Source: an uncultured Planctomycetia bacterium
GTDB taxonomy: Bacteria; Omnitrophota; Gorgyraeia; Duberdicusellales; 4484-171
NCBI GenBank assembly: GCA_964455085.1
Contig: CAYVYJ010000005.1
Coordinates: 21,239-85,238, forward strand
Direction: 5' to 3'
Length of the DNA stretch: 64,000 bases
Position 1 is the first letter of the stretch, and every line of letters begins with the position of its first letter. Position numbers and translations under genes: made by a program. Of this stretch, positions 26,099 through 34,485 are shown in pieces. Under the pieces are notes generated by a model. It saw only the letters and a program-made list of their open reading frames with translations, searched no databases and was not told the DNA's origin.

Positions 26099-27131
26099 CG
26101 GATACCAATTTATTTAATACTTTTCTAATATCGATCTTTGCCGGACAAGCCGAAATACAGCGGCCGCAACCAGTACAAGCATAAATGCCGGCAACTTTGG
26201 GAAAAAAATCAAATTTTTTCTCAAATCTGTTCCGCAACCGCATCCAGAGCTTCTCCCGGGGATTAGCTCCTCCGGCAACCCGGGCAAAATCTTTTATCAT
26301 ACATGAATCCCAGATTCGCAGCCGAGCCATACGCTGTTGATCTTTTTGGTCATAAAGAAGAAAACAGTGACAAGTAGGACATATGGTATTACAAGCTCCA
26401 CACTCAAGGCAAGTTTTAGCCTCATCAGCCCAGATACTAGAATCATATTTCTTTTCAATAATGCCCTCAAAAGCCTCTTGGTTGGATAAACTATTATCTT
26501 TAATATTTTTATCGACCATATTTTTAATTGCAAGCCGCTGTTGGTCTCTCTGGGCAATAAGCTGGCTACTACCAGCTTCAAAGAATGAAGAATTTTTAGC
26601 TATGAGCTCACGGCCCTTTTCGGAACCAGATTCGATAATAAAACCACCTTTGACTTCTGAAAGATTAAGGTCAAAATCACCTTGAGGATAAGGCATCAAA
26701 CCTAAAGCCAGACAAAAACAAGTATCAATTACACAAGTGCAATCTGCGGCAATAATAAGGTTCCTCTTCCGGGCGGTAAAGTAGAAAGGATCTTGACACT
26801 CCTGCTCATCTCCTGAAGAAGCGGAAAATACGTAATCTTGAACCTTAAAGCCTTTTAAATCGCAAGCCTTAGCTCCGACAATCGCTAACGGCTTGCCCTT
26901 AGTTTGAGGAAGCTGGTCCTTAAAATCTTCAGCTACTACTTCTCGAGCCCGGTAAAAGAATGATTTTAAAGGCTCATAAGCCCTTACTTCTCCGATAGTG
27001 ATATCCGCATCAGAACCCTCATATTTTTTATAGAAACGCTGCTGACCCTTTTTTATCGGCAGATAGACAGAATAGTCTTGGCTTAAATTATCTAAAAACT
27101 TAGCAAAATTACCTAAGGAGATATAATTCAT
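26091..27131 (-). CDS. AsrA/sulfhydrogenase-beta-like FeS subunit
   Basis: CLECGACNTICPTCHC and CTGCGRCISACP are present. The length is 346 aa and the cysteine spacing matches AsrA. Confidence 0.7.
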   Translation of the reverse strand: MNYISLGNFAKFLDNLSQDYSVYLPIKKGQQRFYKKYEGSDADITIGEVRAYEPLKSFFYRAREVVAEDFKDQLPQTKGKPLAIVGAKACDLKGFKVQDYVFSASSGDEQECQDPFYFTARKRNLIIAADCTCVIDTCFCLALGLMPYPQGDFDLNLSEVKGGFIIESGSEKGRELIAKNSSFFEAGSSQLIAQRDQQRLAIKNMVDKNIKDNSLSNQEAFEGIIEKKYDSSIWADEAKTCLECGACNTICPTCHCFLLYDQKDQQRMARLRIWDSCMIKDFARVAGGANPREKLWMRLRNRFEKKFDFFPKVAGIYACTGCGRCISACPAKIDIRKVLNKLVSDV

Positions 27132-27189
27132 CCTAATTAAATTTTAAATTGTTAATAGTGGAAAGCTTCTCAAGAAAAACCATATTACT

Positions 27190-27207
27190 TTGTGAATAAA
27201 ATCACAA
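27190..27207. promoter_or_regulatory. Predicted Rex operator TTGTGAATAAAATCACAA in the promoter region of the hydrogenase operon
   Basis: 17 of 18 positions match the TTGTGAA-N4-TTCACAA Rex consensus. It lies 59 bp upstream of the asrA-like start in an AT-rich 170-bp intergenic region, and rex is encoded in the same operon. Confidence 0.65.
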
Positions 27208-27301
27208 TCGTAATAAATAATCGTACCATACAAGAATAAGCTTGTCAAACAATTTTTATTAATTAATCAAGCTGACTACTAAAAATATACAGATTGGGGA
27301 T

Positions 27302-27613
27302 TTAAGCTCTAGTAACTTTCGCGGAACACCTTCTGGCGTCCAGATAACTATTAAGGGTAGGATTAATTTTACTCAACAACAACACTACCCCCCACAATAA
27401 GATTGTGGCAATAGTGATAACTACCCCTAGCAATAAGTCATCGAGGATTTTCCCGGAAATAGGCAATAACTCCCCGTTCCAAAGATGGTCGATTACTCCA
27501 AATAAGGCACCACCGTAAAACATCAGAGTTAACCAACCGGTTTTTATGTTCTTAGTTCTCCTCCAAACCAACGAGGTAACTATTGCTCCGGCTACCGGCA
27601 CTGCATAACACAT
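27302..27613 (-). CDS. Small hypothetical membrane protein
   Basis: 103 aa with three predicted TM segments; no recognisable family. Confidence 0.4.
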   Translation of the reverse strand: MCYAVPVAGAIVTSLVWRRTKNIKTGWLTLMFYGGALFGVIDHLWNGELLPISGKILDDLLLGVVITIATILLWGVVLLLSKINPTLNSYLDARRCSAKVTRA

Positions 27614-27646
27614 CTACTCCACCTCCTTCTTATTTAAAAACAACCG

Positions 27647-28684
27647 CTATTTTTTATCGGCTTTGAGTAATTCAATTGCCTTCTTGGCTACCTCATAAGG
27701 ACTGACCGCTATAAGACAAAGAAATCCCTTGAGACAATTATGAGCTAGACACTTAGTGCAACCAGCATCTTTATGAAAATAAAAAGCTTCCTTCCCCAGC
27801 GGACCCCACCTTAACGGGGAAAGTCCAGGATCGCCTCTTCCCAAGATAGAAATTAGCGGAATATTAAGGCTTGAAGCTATATGGACCGGGCCCGAGTCGT
27901 TGGAGATAAAAAGCGCGGTTCGCCTGAACAAGGCTCCCAGCTCAGCAATAGTTAAAACACCTCGTAAATCAATAGCACCGCCCTCCTCAACCAGTCTTCT
28001 TCCGAATTCTCTCTCCGATCTTGAGGTAATTACGACTATCTTAAGGCTGATCTCTTTTTTTAATAATTTAATCAGTTCTAGGAAATGAGTTTGCGGCCAA
28101 CGCTTAGAGGGACAAGATGCTGAAGAATGAATAACAATAAATTTTTCGTCTTCGCCTATGCCCTTAATCTTAAGTATCTCCACCACTCTGCCCCTAGCAT
28201 TGCTGGAAACTGGAAAGTAAGTATCTTTGCATTTAATCGGAATATTTAAGGCTCTTAAAATATCTAAAGTATAATCCAGCTCATGCTTTAAGCCTTCTTG
28301 CTTTCTATGAGGAATCTTTTTGGTAAGTAAAAAACTTAACTTTTTATCCCATCCCACTCGTTCGGGAATCCTAGCTAAAAAAGTAATTAAGTGCGCCCGA
28401 TTTGTGGGGTGCAAAATAAGCGCAAGATCAAAATTCTTCTTACCTAGATAAGCGGAAAATCTAATTGAGGCTCCAAAGCTCTTATCGCGGCCATACTTAT
28501 CATAGGTAATGACCTCATCTAAATAGGGGTTCCCTTCCAAAGCATCCCGGGTATAAGGTCTGCAGAGAAAAGCAATAAAAGATTGGGGTAAAGCCAATCT
28601 TAAGTTTTTAATTACCGGGGTGGAAAGAATAACATCTCCTAAGCGGTCAGTTCGCACGATTAGAATTCGCTTAAAATTAACCAT
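27647..28684 (-). CDS. GT9 ADP-heptose:LPS heptosyltransferase
   Basis: RILIVRTDRLGDVILSTPV... and the C-terminal GT9 fold with ...FISNDSGPVHIA are present. Confidence 0.8.
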   Translation of the reverse strand: MVNFKRILIVRTDRLGDVILSTPVIKNLRLALPQSFIAFLCRPYTRDALEGNPYLDEVITYDKYGRDKSFGASIRFSAYLGKKNFDLALILHPTNRAHLITFLARIPERVGWDKKLSFLLTKKIPHRKQEGLKHELDYTLDILRALNIPIKCKDTYFPVSSNARGRVVEILKIKGIGEDEKFIVIHSSASCPSKRWPQTHFLELIKLLKKEISLKIVVITSRSEREFGRRLVEEGGAIDLRGVLTIAELGALFRRTALFISNDSGPVHIASSLNIPLISILGRGDPGLSPLRWGPLGKEAFYFHKDAGCTKCLAHNCLKGFLCLIAVSPYEVAKKAIELLKADKK

Positions 28685-29615
28685 TAGCCAAAACCTTCTT
28701 TATTGCTTCCACCACTTCTTCCGGTCTTACCCTAGGCGGACAAAGTTTTCCTGCACCGGTATCTTTACTGCGCAGTACCTGCGAGTTTCTTGACCAGGGA
28801 CCGTAGATGGCCGGATTAGTCGGGCCAAAGATAGCAACAATCGACAGGTTAATATAACTGGCCAGATGCATAAGACTTGAATCAACACAGAGAAGTATCT
28901 GGGCATAATTGGCCAGCAAATAAAAAACCTCAACTACCGTGGTCTTGCCTACTAAATCAACTACTCCTTTTAGAGTTAGGATATCTTTATAATATTCCCG
29001 GTCCCGCTCCTCACCTAGAATAACTAATTTATAGCTACTCCCTAATTTCTTGACTACCGAAATTAAATACTGATAAGGATATTGTTTAAGCTGCGAGTGT
29101 GAGGAACAAGCGATGAATATAGACTTTTTTAAATTTTGAGCCTGCCAGCGTGCCTGCTCAGATCCAGTAAGACTGAAACTACTCCTTACTTTAGCCTTGG
29201 CCGGAGCAATTTTGTGGATAAGCTTAAGGTATCTATCCTTAACGTGCATATCTTTAGAGGTCGGCCGCCAAAAAGGTGTCCTGCGCCATAGACCTAAGAC
29301 AACCGGGAGAAATGAGTTCTTTAAATCAACAATTAAGTCATACTTACCTCTTAGTTTAAAACAAAATCGGATCTTCTCTGCAGGGCTAAAGGACTTCTTA
29401 TATAAAATAGTTTGATCAATAAGGTTATTGCTGAACAAAAAATCATCAGTTTTCGGTGAGCTAATAGCCGAAATTTTAGCTTGAGGATAGTTAGCCTGTA
29501 ACCGGTCTAAGACCGGTAAGCCAATAATTGCATCACCCAAATTGGTGGGAAAATTTATTATTATCTTTTTAACCATTGACCAGTATCCTCTTAACTGCTG
29601 AATAAACTTGATCAA
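28677..29615 (-). CDS. GT9 heptosyltransferase-family glycosyltransferase
   Basis: The GT9 core ...VDSSLMHLASYIN..IVAIFGPT is present. Confidence 0.75.
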   Translation of the reverse strand: MIKFIQQLRGYWSMVKKIIINFPTNLGDAIIGLPVLDRLQANYPQAKISAISSPKTDDFLFSNNLIDQTILYKKSFSPAEKIRFCFKLRGKYDLIVDLKNSFLPVVLGLWRRTPFWRPTSKDMHVKDRYLKLIHKIAPAKAKVRSSFSLTGSEQARWQAQNLKKSIFIACSSHSQLKQYPYQYLISVVKKLGSSYKLVILGEERDREYYKDILTLKGVVDLVGKTTVVEVFYLLANYAQILLCVDSSLMHLASYINLSIVAIFGPTNPAIYGPWSRNSQVLRSKDTGAGKLCPPRVRPEEVVEAIKKVLANG

Positions 29616-30579
29616 CGCTTAAGCCTTTTAGGCAAATATTATCTTTGCAATCTAACTTATAACAGGGAATCTGGCAATCAACTTCGTTCCGAATTACCTT
29701 TACCTTTCTGCCTCTAGGTGAGGTAGCTTCCGGTGAAGTAGGCCCAAAGATGATTAAGGTATTTACCTCAAGAGCTGCGGCCAGATGTCCCGGGCCAGAG
29801 TCATTAGAGATAAAAAGTTCCATATTCCTAATCAAAGCTCCTAGCTCCTTAAGTGTAGTCTTACCGCAGAAGCTAAAAGACTTCTCTTTCATCTTGGCTT
29901 GAACCGCCTCAATAACTGATCGCTGGTTTTCTTCTCCCACAAAGATAATCGCCGCTCCTAAATCTCTAGCTAAACAGTCGGCCAAGGCCGCAAAGTAGCT
30001 CCCTGGCCAACGCTTAAGCTCCCAATTAGCTGAAGGGTTTATGCCGATCAAATAAGCATGGCTGGTACGTATTGATTTTAAATTATCAATGATCTTTTCT
30101 TTAATTTCTCTAGGCATAAAAAACTGGGGATACCTATCGCTAATCACAATACCGGCTTGTTCAAAAAGATAAAGATAGTGATCCTGACGGTGGGTTAAGG
30201 ATTTCTGAGGTTTTATCTTTCGATTAAGAATAAAAGCATTCTTCAGGCGCAGATAACCAATCCTTAATTTTATCCCGGCCAAAAAACAAATCAGGGCCCG
30301 GGTAAATGAGCGATGAACAAAAAAGACTGTATCAAATCTGCTTTTCTTCAAAAACTTAATCAATCTTAATTTAGCTAAAAACCCTTTATGTTGACCTCGC
30401 TCATCAAAAACTATCACCTGATCAATGTAGGGATTATCCTCAAATACTTCCTTTACCCTTTCTACGACCATAATCCCTAAGTAGGATGCCGGGAATTTTT
30501 TCTTTAAGGCTTTAAATGCCGGAGTGATCAGTAAGGAGTCCCCCAACCAGTTTACGCCTACTACTAATATTCGTTTCAT
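29569..30579 (-). CDS. GT9 heptosyltransferase-family glycosyltransferase
   Basis: MKRILVVGVNWLGDSLLITPAF... and ...FISNDSGPGHLAAAL..IIFGPTSP are present. Confidence 0.8.
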   Translation of the reverse strand: MKRILVVGVNWLGDSLLITPAFKALKKKFPASYLGIMVVERVKEVFEDNPYIDQVIVFDERGQHKGFLAKLRLIKFLKKSRFDTVFFVHRSFTRALICFLAGIKLRIGYLRLKNAFILNRKIKPQKSLTHRQDHYLYLFEQAGIVISDRYPQFFMPREIKEKIIDNLKSIRTSHAYLIGINPSANWELKRWPGSYFAALADCLARDLGAAIIFVGEENQRSVIEAVQAKMKEKSFSFCGKTTLKELGALIRNMELFISNDSGPGHLAAALEVNTLIIFGPTSPEATSPRGRKVKVIRNEVDCQIPCYKLDCKDNICLKGLSVDQVYSAVKRILVNG

Positions 30580-30596
30580 GATTTAATCTATAGTAA

Positions 30597-31367
30597 TTAA
30601 TAAGGTTTTTTTGGCTTGCGAAAGACATTGTAGAATCCACTTAATTTGGCCCAGAGTCTAAACCCTAAATCGCGATTAGTAACCTTGATTCTTCTTAAAG
30701 CAAACGGTTCTACTTCCCGGGAGAAGCCCCGATTGGTAGTGCAGGCGCAGAGATAGCCAGCTCGCTGAACCTCATCTAAGAGTGTCTGATTAAAACCCCC
30801 TATAGGATAAGAGATTACTTTTATATTTTGCGGGAAATATTCTTCCAGTAGTTTTTTTGATTGAAAGACCTCCCTTTGCATCCTGGCTATCCCCTGATCC
30901 GGTAGATAAGCATGGGTTAAAGTATGTGAACCGATACTACCACCGCTACTTTTAATAAGGGAACGAATATCTTCTTTAGATAAATATCCCTCTTCTCCAA
31001 TTCTATCAGCAATTAAAAAAAATATTGCTGGATAATCGAATTCGTTTAGTATTTTTATTGCTTTAAGATTATCCTTATAGCCATCATCAAATGTTATTAC
31101 TACTAAATTTCGGGGAATTGGTTGGGAGCTCTTAAGTAATTGACAATAACGTCTCAAAGAAATTACCTTGTGCCCGCCGGTTCTAATAAATTCCATCTGT
31201 TGTTGAAACACTTCGGGGTCTACGGCAGCATAAGTTTCTACACGGGCTTTATCTAGAGAGTGGTACATTAATATCGGAGTTGTGTAATTCTGATTAAGAT
31301 AAATTCTAAATGAGCTGAATAAGGCAGCAGGCAGGAGTAAAAATATTACCAGTTTTTTCATTAGCAA
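30597..31367 (-). CDS. Polysaccharide deacetylase (CE4, NodB-like)
   Basis: A signal peptide and the motif ITFDDGYKDNL..AIFFL are present. Confidence 0.75.
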   Translation of the reverse strand: MLMKKLVIFLLLPAALFSSFRIYLNQNYTTPILMYHSLDKARVETYAAVDPEVFQQQMEFIRTGGHKVISLRRYCQLLKSSQPIPRNLVVITFDDGYKDNLKAIKILNEFDYPAIFFLIADRIGEEGYLSKEDIRSLIKSSGGSIGSHTLTHAYLPDQGIARMQREVFQSKKLLEEYFPQNIKVISYPIGGFNQTLLDEVQRAGYLCACTTNRGFSREVEPFALRRIKVTNRDLGFRLWAKLSGFYNVFRKPKKPY

Positions 31368-32431
31368 ACCTCTTGATAGACTCCTTCGGTATCGATTGCC
31401 ATTCGGGATGCTGAGAAGTAACCAGCATCTTTGGCGGCCTGATTTACAATTTTTCTCACCAACTCCGGATTAGTAATAATCTCTTCTATCGCTCCGGCTA
31501 AAGTAAAACTATTATAGTGATAGAATAAAAATCCGTTCTCACGATTCTTTATAATCTCAGCAATCCCTCCGGTATTGTAACCAATCACCGGAACCCCCTT
31601 AATAAAAGCCTCAATAATAGAATAACCAAAACCTTCTTTCCGGGAAGGTACCAGGAGTAGATCTACAATATCAAGAAATTGGTTAGGTTGACAATTAATA
31701 AACTTAACTCTTTCTTCTACCCCTACTTTTTTTAAATATTCTCTGAGATTATTCTCATACTTACCCTTACCGGAAACCAAAAGATAGATATTTTGATACT
31801 TAGGCTTAAGTTTAGCAATTGCTTCGGCAGCCAAAAAATGTCCTTTTTCTGCAGAAATCCTACTTAAAATTCCAATCAAGTAATCATCTTTGCTAAAACC
31901 CCAGTCGCCCCTTTTAGCTTCTTTGATCAAAAAATCATCTTGATTAATGCCGTTATAAACAACTTTTATCTTCTCCCTGGCTATATCTAAATCTCTTACT
32001 AAATGTTCAGCTACTGCCTCACTTACAGCAATAGCTATTGTGCCAGAGAATTTAAGCCGGCGCCGAAAGATTGAGGGGCGGTAAAAACCATGATAGGCAC
32101 TGATATAAGGAATTTTGAATCGTTTAGAGATAAGAAAACCTAAAAATTGAGTCACCCGGGTGTTGCAATGCACTAGATCGATCTTTTCTTGAGTGATAAA
32201 TTTAGCTAAGGCTTTGAATGATAAAAGAATTTTTATGCTGCAAATAGACTTGGTTTTAATCGGAATCTGCTTGTAACCCACGTCGCTACTATTTAACTTA
32301 CCCACCCACTCGCCCCCAGAACAGGCCACCCAAACACTATGCTTTTGTCGCTTAAGGGCACAACTTAAGTTAAGAACATAACGGGAAATACCTCCGGGAT
32401 TAAGGTGGGTGGTGAGAATTAAAATATTCAT
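31361..32431 (-). CDS. Glycosyltransferase family 4 (GT-B)
   Basis: MNILILTTHLNPGGISRYV... and the C-terminal EGFGYSIIEAFIKGVPVI are present. Confidence 0.8.
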   Translation of the reverse strand: MNILILTTHLNPGGISRYVLNLSCALKRQKHSVWVACSGGEWVGKLNSSDVGYKQIPIKTKSICSIKILLSFKALAKFITQEKIDLVHCNTRVTQFLGFLISKRFKIPYISAYHGFYRPSIFRRRLKFSGTIAIAVSEAVAEHLVRDLDIAREKIKVVYNGINQDDFLIKEAKRGDWGFSKDDYLIGILSRISAEKGHFLAAEAIAKLKPKYQNIYLLVSGKGKYENNLREYLKKVGVEERVKFINCQPNQFLDIVDLLLVPSRKEGFGYSIIEAFIKGVPVIGYNTGGIAEIIKNRENGFLFYHYNSFTLAGAIEEIITNPELVRKIVNQAAKDAGYFSASRMAIDTEGVYQEVC

Positions 32432-34485
32432 CGTTTAAGTATTTCCTTAACTTTTGTAAACACTCTCTGGGGTGATATTTTGGCCAAACAACTATTCTGC
32501 TCCCCTAATCCGCATTTTGGCCTGTAGCAGAAAGAACAAGGCATTTTTTCACAAAAAACATAGAGGTTACTACTTTTAACTGTGTGACGTTGCGGCGATG
32601 TCGGGCCAAAAAGGGCAATAGTAGGAGTACCTAAAGCTAAAGCTAAATGCAAAGCAGCAGTATCAGGGGTAATAAATACTCTTAATCTTTTAATTACCTG
32701 AGGTAAGGTACGTAAAGTAGTCTTCCCGCAAAGATTAAGTGCTGGCGGCAAAACAGATTTTTCGATTTTTCTTGCTTCTTCCTCTGCCGTCTTATCACCG
32801 AGAAGAACTGCCCGAGAGCCGGGAAAGTTTTTATGAATTAAATCAACTAACTTTAAAATATGTTCGCGAGGCCAGTTTTTTGACTGCCACTTCCGAGAAG
32901 CTGCTATATTTATTCCAATAAGTTCAAGCTGCGGCAAGACAATCGGCTGTTCCGGCTCCTGAGGCCAGAAAACTAACTTTTTCTCAGCAAATTTAATGCC
33001 CAGAAACTGTAATACCCTCTCTTGAGAAACCAGGGGAGAGTCCTGACGGTTAAACCTGGCTCTTTTGGTAAGTAAAAACCCGCACTTTTTGGCATAACCA
33101 AAGGAGTAGCGGGGAAAACTTAAAAAAGCTATTAGATGTGAAGAACGACTGTTCTGCAAATCCACTATGTAATCAAAGGAACGACGCTGCAAATTACCCA
33201 CGATCTTAAGAATATTCTTAAACTTTTTATATTTTTCTTCCAGAGTAATAACCTCATCAATATAGGGACAATCATAGAAAAGAGCGTGGTATTTCTTTAA
33301 AGTTAGAAGAGCGATGGAGCTTTGCGGGAATTTATCGCGTATCTCTTTTAAAGAAGGTAAGCTTAAAATTAAATCACCTAAAGAAGAAATCTTAATTACT
33401 AAAATCCTCTGGGTATTTAAGGTCTTAGTATAAACTTCTTCGGTCTTATGTAAACACTCATCCATAGTATACTTTTGCTCTACTTTCTGTCGGGCTTCTT
33501 TTACTAACCCTTGGGCAAGGTTAGTGTCGTTGAGTATCCTTAAAATAGCGTCGGCTATAGCCTCACTATTGCCAGCCTCAACTAAAAGACCATCCTTGGC
33601 CTCATCAATTATCTCCTTGAATCCTCCCACAGCCGTAGCAACAACCGGAACCCCACAGGCAAAAGCTTCAATAACTACTCTTCCGAAAGACTCCTCGATC
33701 ACCGAAGGTGCAACCAAAATACGGGCCCCGGCCAAGACTTGCCCAACATCTGGGGTAAAACCCACAAATTCCACATTATAATTTAGAGAGAAGCGGCTAA
33801 CCAGAGTCTTTAAGTGCTCTAAATACCTTAATTTTGACTTATCGGCCGCACCGACTATCTTTAATTTCAAATAAGGATTAAACCTGACCACTTTTTTAAA
33901 CCCTTTGATTAAATGTTCATAACCCTTGGTGGGAGAAATCCGTCCGATACTAACGATATTATTGAGCTCTTTGCGATTCTTATAATCAATAAAATTAAAA
34001 TTATCTAAATCAACCCAACGGCTGATAATTCTTATCTTCTCTTCGGGAACTCCGAATCGGGTTTTCATCTGACGGACCACTACCTGAGAAGGAGCAATAA
34101 CAAATTTTCCCCAACCCATAACCTCACTAAATAAACGATTTTTATAAATCCCATGGGCGGTAGTAATAAAATGGCTGAGCGTGGCCCGTGAGGCAAAAAA
34201 GCTTATCCAACCCGGTACCCGGCTGCGGGCATGAACAATATCTATTTTTTCATCCTTGATAATCTTCTTCAAACGCCCGACAAGAAACAACCCCAGAGGT
34301 GATTTTCGATAAACCGGTAAAGTATAGTGCTTAATCCCCATAGCCTCTAACTCGCGGGCTAATTGGCCTCCTCCACTGACGATAATAGTGGTAAGACTCT
34401 TTCCCTTGAAAAACTTTGCCAAATCATAAACTCCTCGCTCAACACCCCCGACATCCATCCGTGGAAGAACCTGCAATACTCTCAT
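32428..34485 (-). CDS. Bifunctional fusion of GT4 (N-terminal half) and GT9 heptosyltransferase-like (C-terminal half)
   Basis: Residues 1-350 read MRVLQVLPRMDVGGVERGV...ESFGRVVIEAFACGVPVVAT, a GT4 domain. Residues 355-685 read ILVIKISSLGDLILSLPSLKEI...FITPDTAALHLALALGTPTIALFGPT, a GT9 domain. Confidence 0.75.
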   Translation of the reverse strand: MRVLQVLPRMDVGGVERGVYDLAKFFKGKSLTTIIVSGGGQLARELEAMGIKHYTLPVYRKSPLGLFLVGRLKKIIKDEKIDIVHARSRVPGWISFFASRATLSHFITTAHGIYKNRLFSEVMGWGKFVIAPSQVVVRQMKTRFGVPEEKIRIISRWVDLDNFNFIDYKNRKELNNIVSIGRISPTKGYEHLIKGFKKVVRFNPYLKLKIVGAADKSKLRYLEHLKTLVSRFSLNYNVEFVGFTPDVGQVLAGARILVAPSVIEESFGRVVIEAFACGVPVVATAVGGFKEIIDEAKDGLLVEAGNSEAIADAILRILNDTNLAQGLVKEARQKVEQKYTMDECLHKTEEVYTKTLNTQRILVIKISSLGDLILSLPSLKEIRDKFPQSSIALLTLKKYHALFYDCPYIDEVITLEEKYKKFKNILKIVGNLQRRSFDYIVDLQNSRSSHLIAFLSFPRYSFGYAKKCGFLLTKRARFNRQDSPLVSQERVLQFLGIKFAEKKLVFWPQEPEQPIVLPQLELIGINIAASRKWQSKNWPREHILKLVDLIHKNFPGSRAVLLGDKTAEEEARKIEKSVLPPALNLCGKTTLRTLPQVIKRLRVFITPDTAALHLALALGTPTIALFGPTSPQRHTVKSSNLYVFCEKMPCSFCYRPKCGLGEQNSCLAKISPQRVFTKVKEILKR

